From a virus: 33,147 nt of DNA. Made by a program: the position numbers and the translations under genes. Below, piece by piece: positions 1-8,224 of this stretch (within the stretch, counting starts at the first letter, position 1; every line of letters starts with the position of its first letter). Where the stretch lies: the UHGV virus genome UHGV-0236124; one strand, written 5' to 3'. The notes beneath the pieces were generated by a model, which did not search any database, was not told where the DNA came from, and saw only the letters and a program-made list of their open reading frames with translations.

Positions 1-2
1 GG

Positions 3-125
3 CATAACCTGAATCTGAGGCAGCACCTGGCACGGCTGGGACGGAAGTCGCTGTCGTTCTCAAAATCGGTGGAGCTGCATGACAAAGTCATCGGGCATTA
101 TCTGAACATAAAACACTATCAATAA
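3..125 (+). CDS. 3' end of an ORF truncated by the window start (last ~40 codons, product unknown)
   Basis: Frame 3 is open from the window edge to TAA at 123-125; no start codon in window; product not recognisable. Confidence 0.2.
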
Positions 126-146
126 GTTGGAGTCATTACCCGTGAT

Positions 147-404
147 ATGAAGAAGTACCTGGGAGAGATGAAGCGTCTGGCTGATGGGGGAGAAATGAAT
201 TTTGATGGCTATCTGGATAAGATGTCACATCTGGTGAATGAAGGAACGCTCGATCCTGATATTTTAAGCAAAATGCGAGATGCTGCACCACAATTAATTA
301 GCTTCGCGAAGTCGTTTGACCCAACCTCAAAGGAAGAGATTAAAATACTTACAGACACTTCTAAATTAATTTATGATTTGTTCGGGGTTAAATCGGAGAA
401 ATAA
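147..404 (+). CDS. hypothetical small protein (85 aa)
   Basis: ORF track; ATG start; followed by hairpin plus T-run terminator at 446-473; no recognisable family. Confidence 0.4.
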   Translation: MKKYLGEMKRLADGGEMNFDGYLDKMSHLVNEGTLDPDILSKMRDAAPQLISFAKSFDPTSKEEIKILTDTSKLIYDLFGVKSEK

Positions 405-445
405 TATGTGAAGTTCTTCGATAGTATGGAAGGCATTATATAAAA

Positions 446-473
446 GGACCCAATATTTATTGGGTTCTTTTTT
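446..473 (+). terminator. rho-independent terminator candidate
   Basis: ggacccaat-att-attgggttc stem (one G-U wobble) followed by tttttt. Confidence 0.5.
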
Positions 474-1124
474 CTCTATCAATGCTATTAGCAGGGAGAT
501 ATATCACCAGAGTTTAATGTGTGATTTTTTATTTATCGTCGAACCTGGATTGTTTATCATTGGCCTTAACAAAGTTAACGGCTAATAAGATTATTTCCAT
601 CACTTCGTGAGAGCTTCATGCCTTGAGAGGATCTCAATTTTCTTTTGCAATGAGACAGGCGCTTCCTGTTGTTATGGTATAGTACCCCGCTATTGAGCCT
701 CCTGAATAGTGATGCTGAATAACATAACCCCATGATATATCGATAAAATAATCTCTACATTTGAAAATGCACGGTAATTCTGAAATGCAAAAAATCAACC
801 AAACCAGCGCAATGCCTGAAAAAACTGACGTTCACTGGAGTGGTCGGTTTAGCGTTGCACCAATGCTCGATAGGATGTACCGTTTTTGAAAAACAACTAG
901 TTATACACTTTGTGGGAGCCTATTGGGAACCTGTTATTCTTAGAAAGCATCATTTGCTCATCACTTCAATTGACCATGATTAAAGCCAGCTATAAACTTG
1001 ACAAACAAGGTAACTAGTTGCTTAGGCCTAAGTGGGCACACCATAAGAAGCTCATGTTGGTGATGAAGCAACCCATGAAGTATCGAGAATAATTACAAAG
1101 TTCACTATCTTTGAGGTTTCTTAT

Positions 1125-1697
1125 ATGTTTTGCGAAGAAAAAGTAGCTCAAATGGCTGCATACCTACTTCTTAAGCGAGGTGGGCGCATGGCATATCTGA
1201 AATTGATGAAGCTGCTCTATCTGTCTAACCGCAAGTCGATTTTGAAGCATGGCAGGATGATCGGCGAAGATAGCCTTTACTCTATGAAATTTGGTCCAGT
1301 CATGTCGAATACGCTGAACTTGATTCGTGGTAAGGCTGAAGGTATTGGTGACTACTGGTACAACCTGATAGAGACGAACGGGCATGATGTGTTGTTGCGT
1401 TCAGATCCGAGGGAAATGGATGCAGACGAGGTCTTTGATGAGTTGAGCCGTGCAGATATCCGGATTTTAGATGAAATCTATTCTCTGTATGGGCATATGA
1501 ACCGATTTGATCTCGCAAACATGACGCATTTAGAAAGCGTTTGTCCAGAGTGGCACAATCCTGGCAATTCTCGTAAGCCTATAGACCTGAAAGAAATGCT
1601 GATCAGTGAGGGTAAAAGCGAGGATGAGGCTAATCGTATAATTGGCAAAATGGAAGAATCTCAGAAACTTAAGGAATTTTCTTTGCAATTATCATGA
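1125..1697 (+). CDS. Panacea / DUF4065 domain protein (SocA/PanA-like antitoxin-type domain)
   Basis: 190 aa; stretch AYLLLKRGGRMAYLKLMKLLYLSNRKSILKHGRMIGEDSLYSMKFGPVMSNTL resembles DUF4065 as I recall it; stop overlaps next start (ATGA at 1694-1697). Confidence 0.6.
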   Translation: MFCEEKVAQMAAYLLLKRGGRMAYLKLMKLLYLSNRKSILKHGRMIGEDSLYSMKFGPVMSNTLNLIRGKAEGIGDYWYNLIETNGHDVLLRSDPREMDADEVFDELSRADIRILDEIYSLYGHMNRFDLANMTHLESVCPEWHNPGNSRKPIDLKEMLISEGKSEDEANRIIGKMEESQKLKEFSLQLS

Positions 1698-2113
1698 CGG
1701 ATTATCAGCCATACAGGAAAGGAACTGTGCTTGCCCCAACTGGGCCATGCAATCATCTTCATGTGATTTGTAATGATCCTGTTTATTACCCCGTTAACGA
1801 TTGTTATTGTGTTTTAGTTGTTAATATTTCTAGTATCAAGGATGGTGTCCCCCACGATCCGTCTTGCGTCTTGAATTCTGGTGATCATCGCTTTATCAAG
1901 CATCCAAGTTATGTTGTTTACGCTGAAGCTATAATTTGGCGAGTGGATAACATGGTTAGAAAGCAGCGATCGGGTGAGATTTCCGTTCATGATGATATGC
2001 CAGAAGCTACATTCAATAGAATTCTGGACGGTTTTGATATATCTGATGAAGTTACGCCAAAGAACCTTAAATTTAAAAATAAATATTGCGTATCATCTAT
2101 TGATGATGAGTAA
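1694..2113 (+). CDS. hypothetical protein translationally coupled to the Panacea-domain gene (candidate toxin/effector partner)
   Basis: 139 aa ORF; ATGA overlap with upstream gene; no recognisable domain. Confidence 0.5.
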   Translation: MTDYQPYRKGTVLAPTGPCNHLHVICNDPVYYPVNDCYCVLVVNISSIKDGVPHDPSCVLNSGDHRFIKHPSYVVYAEAIIWRVDNMVRKQRSGEISVHDDMPEATFNRILDGFDISDEVTPKNLKFKNKYCVSSIDDE

Positions 2114-2152
2114 ACAACAGGAATTGTTTCGGTATAGCTTCTGGAGTTTTCT

Positions 2153-2326
2153 ATGGAAGATCAAAAAGCAACCAAGCCACAGGTTAAGTTCGACACAATG
2201 AAAGCATTCGCAGGTATGGGGGCTGCTGTTGAAGTTCTGATGAAGGCTGCTCCTAATGCGTTCACTCACGCTACTGTCTCTGGTAAAGAGCAGCAGGGTA
2301 AGCTTCGTCGTCGCAAAGCAGCATGA
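2153..2326 (+). CDS. small protein (57 aa), third gene of the cassette
   Basis: Hand-translated (below the 60-aa cutoff of the ORF track): MEDQKATKPQVKFDTMKAFAGMGAAVEVLMKAAPNAFTHATVSGKEQQGKLRRRKAA; GGAG 6 nt upstream of ATG; terminator immediately downstream. Confidence 0.4.
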   Translation: MEDQKATKPQVKFDTMKAFAGMGAAVEVLMKAAPNAFTHATVSGKEQQGKLRRRKAA

Positions 2327-2345
2327 TCATAGCTGGTGCTTTTTG

Positions 2346-2372
2346 AAAACCCGCCTTTAGGCGGGTTTTTTC
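2346..2372. terminator. bidirectional rho-independent terminator between convergent genes
   Basis: aaaacccgcc-ttta-ggcgggtttttt; A-run on one side and T-run on the other, so it can terminate both the plus-strand cassette and the minus-strand gene ending at 2374. Confidence 0.6.
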
Positions 2373-2373
2373 T

Positions 2374-2655
2374 TTAGTGATGTTCTTTGCCCTTCTGTTT
2401 GCCTGTTCTGACCTGTTCCCACTCGATACGTCCTTCTTCTCGTCTTTTGTCTATGTATTCCGCAAGATCCTGAATATTGATGCAACGTTTTGCTTTTTGT
2501 GATGTACCGATGCGATATGTAGGTACAGGCAACTTACAAGCGTTTGCTTTTGCTTCTGCTGTGGCTGGACTCATACCAAAGTATTTTTGACTAACTGCTG
2601 AGAGTTCAATGTTTGGGGTATTGAATTCAGCCATCAGTAAAAACAAGGTATTCAT
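2374..2655 (-). CDS. excisionase-like / PrtN-family small DNA-binding protein
   Basis: 93 aa; N-terminus MNTLFLLMAEF... and KLPVPTYRIG motif are typical of PrtN/Xis-like phage proteins as I recall them. Confidence 0.55.
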   Translation of the reverse strand: MNTLFLLMAEFNTPNIELSAVSQKYFGMSPATAEAKANACKLPVPTYRIGTSQKAKRCINIQDLAEYIDKRREEGRIEWEQVRTGKQKGKEHH

Positions 2656-2691
2656 ATCATTTCTCCATCATAACCGGCTGCACCCGGTGAG

Positions 2692-3507
2692 TTACTTATT
2701 CATTTCAATAATATTATTTTCTATCATTGATTTATTTAAAACCAAAGAAGGAGCAAGATGGTTGTCTATTTTAAACAATGCATAACTTTTAAACTGTTGG
2801 TGATATCCGTAACTAATAAGGATGCTAGAAAAATCTCTTAATTCATCTTCTTTTAAAAAATTAAAATGAAATGGGTTGTCACCATTTATGAACAATGAAA
2901 CATCTATTATGCAGTATTTCTCTCCGTTGTCATTTGCATAGAAAAAAATATAAGACATTCTGTTTGTTAAGACAATGCCATTAAATTTTCTTATGTCTGT
3001 AGCTATTTTGTTTTCCATGTTTGGTGCTACATATTTATTTTCAGAAATACATTTAATTTCATCTCCAGATGTCGTGATTATATAAAAATGAAACTTATCA
3101 GAAATATCTAACTTAACTACGCCATCATTATTGTAAAGGCTGCTAAATTTTGGTGGTTCAACTTTTAAAGAATCATAGTTCTTTAAAAGAAGAGGAGAGT
3201 CAAATTTAATAACTTGTAGTATCCCTTTACCTTCAACCTCCATATTGATTGAAGATATAGCAATTGCATTATCTCTTTTATTATTCAGGATTATGGTTGA
3301 TATATGCATGTCATATATTCTACTTGCATTTGCTGAATACGACACTGTCACCTTTTTTGATATTTTTTGCACGCCAAAATATATAGTGAAGGCAGCGGCA
3401 AGAATAGATAAGAATTTAATGTCAAATAAGGACCATAGCCACATTAGTTGCTCAATTGCTTCAGAGTTAATCATTTGCTTTACCATTATCGCTGTAATAC
3501 AACACAT
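2692..3507 (-). CDS. AT-rich hypothetical membrane-anchored protein (moron)
   Basis: ORF 2692..3525; N-terminal hydrophobic helix LMWLWSLFDIKFLSILAAAFTIYFGV; strongly A+T-rich codon usage unlike neighbours; start uncertain (ATGs at 3507, 3486, 3474; the 3525 start is TTG); no clear SD. Confidence 0.5.
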   Translation of the reverse strand: MCCITAIMVKQMINSEAIEQLMWLWSLFDIKFLSILAAAFTIYFGVQKISKKVTVSYSANASRIYDMHISTIILNNKRDNAIAISSINMEVEGKGILQVIKFDSPLLLKNYDSLKVEPPKFSSLYNNDGVVKLDISDKFHFYIITTSGDEIKCISENKYVAPNMENKIATDIRKFNGIVLTNRMSYIFFYANDNGEKYCIIDVSLFINGDNPFHFNFLKEDELRDFSSILISYGYHQQFKSYALFKIDNHLAPSLVLNKSMIENNIIEMNK

Positions 3508-3628
3508 GTGTGTATATATACGCAATGCAATTATTTTGCAAGTGCTTCATTTACTATCAATAGCTACGTCACGTTATTGTTTAATGGTTCTTTATAGGGG
3601 CGGCAATAGTTAAAATTATCGCTTCCGT

Positions 3629-3650
3629 AAATGCCCCCGCAGGGGCATTT
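3629..3650. repeat. perfect GC-rich hairpin (9-bp stem aaatgcccc/ggggcattt, 4-nt loop) with no adjacent T-tract
   Basis: Read directly: aaatgcccccgcaggggcattt; lies just 3' of the YfdQ-like gene on the minus strand. Confidence 0.5.
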
Positions 3651-3662
3651 GCAGTAATGAAA

Positions 3663-4487
3663 TCAGGCGGTGAAAGTACCAATAAAGGTTTCTACTTTGC
3701 TGTCTTTGAATTTCTCAACAAGCAGATCACGAAATTCGTTAGCCATTTCTTCCTGTACCGCTTCCAGCTGAATAATGCGCAGAACCAGTACAGGACGATC
3801 GCCAGTGATAATGCTGAGGCGTAATTTAAACGGACGTTCTTTCAGACCTTCAAACGGAACGCATTTAAATTCAAATGCCACTGGCATAATGTCTTTGGTC
3901 TTCGCTTCGACAGACTCCATCAGGGAGCGTTTGCCGCTGAAGTCATTATCTTCAAAATCAGCGGTCTGGTTCGCTTCAATTGTGATTTTACGGATCGCCG
4001 CAGCCGCTTTGGTTGCCTGAATGGCGTCACCATTAGCATCAAAGCCCACAAGGTAGTCGGCCCAGTCTTCAATCCATTCTGCCAGTGACTTCTGGGAGTT
4101 ACGCTCGCCATTAACAGACAACAGAGCAGAGAACGGAGCTGTCTTTTTCAGTTTGAGAGTGGCGGTGTTATCTGCGTGACCTGGTTCATCAATAGTACCC
4201 AGGTTAAGAACACTGACGGCACGCATATTATCAGCATCGATAAAGCAGCGGGTGCCTTCATCTGCAAGATCTTTAGAATAACGAGTAAAGTCATCGATGC
4301 TGGCAGTGGAAAGCGCACCACGGAAACGGAAGCGATTTAAATTTAATTTTTCCAGATCATGAATGCGGAAATTCTCAGGCAATGCCACAGCATCGGCACC
4401 AATCTTACTGATAATTTCATTAACACCCTGAGCAGAAATAAGGGCATGGATTTGATTAATTGCGGTTGCGTCTAAGTTCTGAGACAT
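3663..4487 (-). CDS. yfdQ: YfdQ-like (DUF2303-type) prophage protein
   Basis: 274 aa, same length and similar sequence to CPS-53 YfdQ as I recall it; recollection-based. Confidence 0.55.
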   Translation of the reverse strand: MSQNLDATAINQIHALISAQGVNEIISKIGADAVALPENFRIHDLEKLNLNRFRFRGALSTASIDDFTRYSKDLADEGTRCFIDADNMRAVSVLNLGTIDEPGHADNTATLKLKKTAPFSALLSVNGERNSQKSLAEWIEDWADYLVGFDANGDAIQATKAAAAIRKITIEANQTADFEDNDFSGKRSLMESVEAKTKDIMPVAFEFKCVPFEGLKERPFKLRLSIITGDRPVLVLRIIQLEAVQEEMANEFRDLLVEKFKDSKVETFIGTFTA

Positions 4488-4552
4488 AATAAGTCCTCAC
4501 TATATAAAGATATTCAGTGATGAGATAAATAATCGGTTAATTAAGAACGATA

Positions 4553-4915
4553 TTAATGACCTGCTGCGCGGAGTTTTCCGTCAGGTTCACCGGCAAGAGT
4601 CAGTAATTGTCCCTGGTCTTCCTGCAGAATAGTCAGGCGACCACCGCGATTGACATACATCGGCGTTTCGGTGGTGTCTTCTTCGGAAATTTTCCCGCGG
4701 TTAGTCGGGCGAACATATGAGAGTTTGTGTTTGATTTTCACACGGTTCTCATCAAATGGTTCGATTTCCAGGTTGAGTGAGACCTTACCTTTGGTTTTCG
4801 TGTTCATCACACCGGAAGCGACTTCACTGAGAACTGCGCCGATTTTGGTTTCAAATACGCCGCCGTCCAGCTCCCCAATAAATGCCTGCACATCAGTACT
4901 GCGTTCGCTAGCCAT
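4553..4915 (-). CDS. YfdP-like hypothetical protein (120 aa)
   Basis: Start moved to internal ATG (MASERSTDV...) which is preceded by AGGAGCAGCAAA; the longer ORF to 5101 has no RBS and runs into the GC-rich leader. Confidence 0.5.
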   Translation of the reverse strand: MASERSTDVQAFIGELDGGVFETKIGAVLSEVASGVMNTKTKGKVSLNLEIEPFDENRVKIKHKLSYVRPTNRGKISEEDTTETPMYVNRGGRLTILQEDQGQLLTLAGEPDGKLRAAGH

Positions 4916-5524
4916 TTTGCTGCTCCTAATCATATCGACCCTGCAAGGTCGGTTGGTTTCTCCACAAAACAGAGAAGAACACCTGCGGTGGCAGCCGCCC
5001 GGATGGATTTGGTTATGAGCCCGTCGTCCGGTGATGCTCTTCTCTGTTTTGTAAAAAGAGCGGTACCAGCCGGAAGCAAGTGTACAAACTGGTACCGCCA
5101 AAGCAGTGGCTGTTGTGGTGACCGGTGCTGATCTCCGGCTTGCGGTTATTTCAGACTCTCACGGGCGTTTAATTGCCCCGCCGAACAGCTCTTTTCCGCA
5201 TTAGCTGCAATGTCTTTCGCGCATCAGCCTGCGCATTCACCACAACGCTGAGAGCACTTAGCCAGTTACGGCACCACACTTTGTCGCGGTTCCATAAATG
5301 TCCTCATCGTTGCACCCTGGTCTCTTCCCAGGCGTCAAACCGAATCGCCACGCTGGTTAGGCGTCTTATCAGCATCATCATTGACTTGCACATTCCGGCT
5401 ACCTGGTTTGTTTGCCCGAGCAAGGAGTGGATTGTCCCCTTTAACGTCCCCAGACCGCTAACGACGCATGTGCCATACGCCGTGTTACAACCAAATTTTG
5501 TTTAATCTTGCCTGTGCTGTGTTT

Positions 5525-5553
5525 CTTTTAGATACATTATGTATCCCAAAGGT
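5525..5553 (-). promoter_or_regulatory. pL-like leftward early promoter candidate with overlapping operator-like site
   Basis: Minus strand reads TTGACA-17 nt-ATAATG; imperfect operator atgtatc-ccaaa-ggtacat (5529-5547) has the same architecture as the OR palindrome. Confidence 0.4.
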
Positions 5554-5555
5554 AC

Positions 5556-5580
5556 ATTGTCAAGTATAAAAAAACCTGCC
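5556..5580 (-). terminator. terminator downstream of the repressor gene
   Basis: aacctgc-cgaa-gcaggtt hairpin with T-run on the minus strand (plus-strand aaaaaaa at 5556-5562). Confidence 0.5.
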
Positions 5581-5601
5581 GAAGCAGGTTATAAATATTG
5601 A

Positions 5602-6276
5602 TTAGGCCTTTATTATGTATCTTCTTGGTTTTCCTGAGAAAATCACTGTACCAATTATAGAGCAATTACCGTTAATCTTAATGTAAGGCTCAGGCCAGTT
5701 TGGGTTTAATGCTTTGAGATAACGCTGTGTTCCATCTTCTATCAACCGCTTGAAGGTGGTTTCGCCTGTATCGTGCATCAATGCAATAACGTCGTCACCG
5801 TGGCAGGCAGGGACTTCAGGATCAACAAAAATCATGTCTCCCGGGCGGTACTCATCAATCATTGAATCACCAATCACCCGCAAGATATAAGTCATTTCGC
5901 CACAGGGTACAGGGCAGGGATAAGTTTCTGCTGTGCTCAAATCAACCTCAGAATAGCCAACTTCTTTCCATGCTCCGGCCTGTACCCATGATATGACAGG
6001 GACTAACGTTATTTGTTTGTTAGTGATTGAAACGTCAGTTTTTTTTGTGATGTTCGTTGTCTGGTGTTCTTGATCAAGCCATCCGACAGGCAGGTCGAAA
6101 CATTTTTCGATGTGCCGTGCCATGCTGTCACCGATATTTTTAGTTGCACCATCTCCCATAAACCTGCTGGTCTGGGTTGGCTCGCGATCAATCATGGTGG
6201 CAAAGGAAGAATTCCCGCCAACACCATCTCTCAGTTTTCTGGCGTTAGACCGCCGGATGTCATGGACTGTTTTCAT
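5602..6276 (-). CDS. CI-like phage repressor (HTH plus S24 LexA-like peptidase domain)
   Basis: 224 aa; N-terminal HTH region and C-terminal ...ILRVIGDSMIDEYRPGDMIFVDPE... typical of S24 autocleaving repressors; divergent from the cro-like gene. Confidence 0.85.
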   Translation of the reverse strand: MKTVHDIRRSNARKLRDGVGGNSSFATMIDREPTQTSRFMGDGATKNIGDSMARHIEKCFDLPVGWLDQEHQTTNITKKTDVSITNKQITLVPVISWVQAGAWKEVGYSEVDLSTAETYPCPVPCGEMTYILRVIGDSMIDEYRPGDMIFVDPEVPACHGDDVIALMHDTGETTFKRLIEDGTQRYLKALNPNWPEPYIKINGNCSIIGTVIFSGKPRRYIIKA

Positions 6277-6292
6277 AAAGAAATTAAAACCT

Positions 6293-6311
6293 TTGTACCG
6301 ATAAGGTACAA
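6293..6311. promoter_or_regulatory. operator: perfect palindrome TTGTACC-GATAA-GGTACAA
   Basis: Read directly in the cI-cro intergenic region; related imperfect copies at 6343-6361 and 5529-5547. Confidence 0.55.
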
Positions 6312-6316
6312 GTATC

Positions 6317-6344
6317 TTGAAGGTTCATCTCAATCATGTAATAT
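6317..6344 (+). promoter_or_regulatory. pR-like promoter candidate
   Basis: TTGAAG-16 nt-TAATAT about 22 nt upstream of the cro-like ATG. Confidence 0.45.
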
Positions 6345-6366
6345 GTATACCGGAGGTACATATTGT

Positions 6367-6567
6367 ATGAAAGCGTATTGGGACTCTTTAACCAAAGAAC
6401 AGCAGGGTGAGTTGGCCGGAAAAGTTGGCTCAACACCAGGCTACTTACGGCTGGTTTTCAATGGTTATAAAAAAGCCAGTTTTGTGCTGGCTAAAAAACT
6501 TGAGCAATGCACGTCAGGTGCAATTACGAAATCTGACTTAAGACCGGATATCTATCCGAAAGATTAA
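6367..6567 (+). CDS. Cro-like / YdaS-family small HTH regulator
   Basis: 66 aa from internal ATG with GGAGG upstream; MKAYWDSLTKEQQGELAGKVGSTPGYLRLVFNG... resembles YdaS/Cro-type proteins; divergent from the repressor. Confidence 0.7.
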   Translation: MKAYWDSLTKEQQGELAGKVGSTPGYLRLVFNGYKKASFVLAKKLEQCTSGAITKSDLRPDIYPKD

Positions 6568-6598
6568 CAGAACACCTTCAATTTTTAACCACAGAACG

Positions 6599-7162
6599 AT
6601 GAGGCTAACCGTGGGTAAGCATCACTGGAAAGTAGAAAAACAGCCTGAGTGGTACGTGAAAGCTGTCAGAAAAACTATCGCGGCGTTGCCGGGGGGTTAC
6701 GCTGAAGCTGCTGAGTGGCTGGATGTAACAGAGAACGCTTTATTCAACCGCCTTCGTGCAGATGGCGATCAGATTTTCCCGCTGGGATGGGCAATGGTTT
6801 TACAGCGCGCGGCTGGCACTCACTACATTGCGGATGCTGTCGCACAGTCTGCTGGTGGGGTGTTCGTATCGCTTCCTGAAATTGAGGAAGTAGAGAACGC
6901 CGATATAAACCAGCGCCTGCTGGAAGTCATCGAACAGATCGGGAGTTACTCAAAGCAGATTCGTTCGGCAATCGAAGATGGGGTAGTGGAGCCACACGAG
7001 CAGACAGCAATTAATGATGAGTTGTATCTGTCAATTTCGAAGCTCCAGGAGCATGCAGCACTGGTCTACAAAATCTTTTGCGCTCCAGAAAAGAGTGACG
7101 CCCGCGAGTGTGCAGCTCCGGGCGTCGTGGCGTTTTGTGTCTGTGGAGAAACTAACGCATGA
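6599..7162 (+). CDS. YdaT-like (CII-position) regulator-domain protein
   Basis: 187 aa immediately after the cro-like gene; sequence resembles the YdaT family as I recall it; stop overlaps next start. Confidence 0.55.
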   Translation: MRLTVGKHHWKVEKQPEWYVKAVRKTIAALPGGYAEAAEWLDVTENALFNRLRADGDQIFPLGWAMVLQRAAGTHYIADAVAQSAGGVFVSLPEIEEVENADINQRLLEVIEQIGSYSKQIRSAIEDGVVEPHEQTAINDELYLSISKLQEHAALVYKIFCAPEKSDARECAAPGVVAFCVCGETNA

Positions 7163-7995
7163 ACAGTTTAACGGCAAATAACCGTTTGTCGCAACAGCTG
7201 GTGGTCAGCGTCGCTGAACACCTGTTGTTACGGCATGAATGCAGATTACCAAATCTCCTGGCTGTAAGTAACCACAGAGAACTTTACCTGACTGTGGGGG
7301 GCGAGTTGTGCAGGAACTTAACCGCTGGTTTCGTGACGGAAGAGGACTTTATGTTCATGTTATTCGTTGGGAGCCAGAAACACAGCGCGTTATCTATCTT
7401 CGCAAAGACTACCCGCATGAGTGCTTTAGTCCTTTGTGGAAATTCAGGCGTGATTTTGTTGAGTGTGAAGGACCACCAGCACATTGATTCTGCCATTCCG
7501 GGACGTTACACTGTTCAGGCACCTTATAAAGCGGGTGCTGGGATTGGCGTCCTGGAAATGTTATCGGCGATATATGACGCGCCAGCGTCTTTTTTATCGT
7601 CTGCGTCTGTGCACACCCAAATTATGGTGGGCTGGACGGGGGCACCGAAAGGTGCGCCGGTTTCCGATAACGCCGGTTACGCCAACCCCGTTCAGTTCAC
7701 CACCAGCGAAATTGGCGTTTCCGGTGGTGAAGGTAATTCACTGTTATCGGAGGCTGCCATCATGGCTACTGTCCCAGCCCTCACTCGTCTGAATGATGAA
7801 GACTTACATAAACTCAGTTATGTAACAACTGCACTACGTGCTCTGCGCAAGGTAACTCTTTCGGATCCGCAGGCGCATCAGGTTTTGGTAGAAACCCTTC
7901 TTAACTTGCAGGCTGAACGTATTCGTCTGGCGGATAAGGCTAATTTTCATATTCACCGTCTCCTGAATATCAGCGGAGGGCATCGTCATGCTTAA
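7159..7995 (+). CDS. hypothetical early-operon protein
   Basis: 278 aa; ATGA overlap with upstream gene and 8-nt overlap with downstream gene indicate translational coupling; no recognisable family. Confidence 0.45.
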   Translation: MNSLTANNRLSQQLVVSVAEHLLLRHECRLPNLLAVSNHRELYLTVGGELCRNLTAGFVTEEDFMFMLFVGSQKHSALSIFAKTTRMSALVLCGNSGVILLSVKDHQHIDSAIPGRYTVQAPYKAGAGIGVLEMLSAIYDAPASFLSSASVHTQIMVGWTGAPKGAPVSDNAGYANPVQFTTSEIGVSGGEGNSLLSEAAIMATVPALTRLNDEDLHKLSYVTTALRALRKVTLSDPQAHQVLVETLLNLQAERIRLADKANFHIHRLLNISGGHRHA

Positions 7996-8224
7996 TCCGT
8001 TGATCCTCAATATTTGCCGTTTGCTTCAGTGTAAAAAAACATCAATTCCTACAGTTGGGCAGTGGTACACCACGCCTGCAGGGCATGTTCTACGTGTTAG
8101 CCTGGTTGACCGTGAATGCCAGAAGGTGATTTGTGAACCGCTGGGCCGTAATTACCGCGTCAGTATGCCGCTTATAGTCTTTCGCTCCGGAAAAAACATG
8201 AAGCATCTCGGAGGTGCAGCATGA
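7988..8224 (+). CDS. hypothetical small protein
   Basis: 78 aa, overlaps neighbours at both ends within the tightly packed early-right operon. Confidence 0.4.
   Translation: MLNPLILNICRLLQCKKTSIPTVGQWYTTPAGHVLRVSLVDRECQKVICEPLGRNYRVSMPLIVFRSGKNMKHLGGAA

Noticed and set aside
1974-2201. 75-aa ORF overlapping the end of the 139-aa gene
   Set aside because: Overlaps a better-supported gene; the independent small ORF 2153-2326 with RBS and terminator explains the region better
4916-5101. N-terminal 62-codon extension of the YfdP-like ORF
   Set aside because: The internal ATG at 4915 has a good SD (AGGAGC) and gives the expected roughly 120-aa protein; the extension overlaps GC-rich inverted repeats
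5173-5505. 110-aa plus-strand ORF in the pL leader region
   Set aside because: No RBS, opposite to the expected leftward transcription, and an unnatural Arg/Ser/Thr-rich composition; more likely non-coding structured DNA
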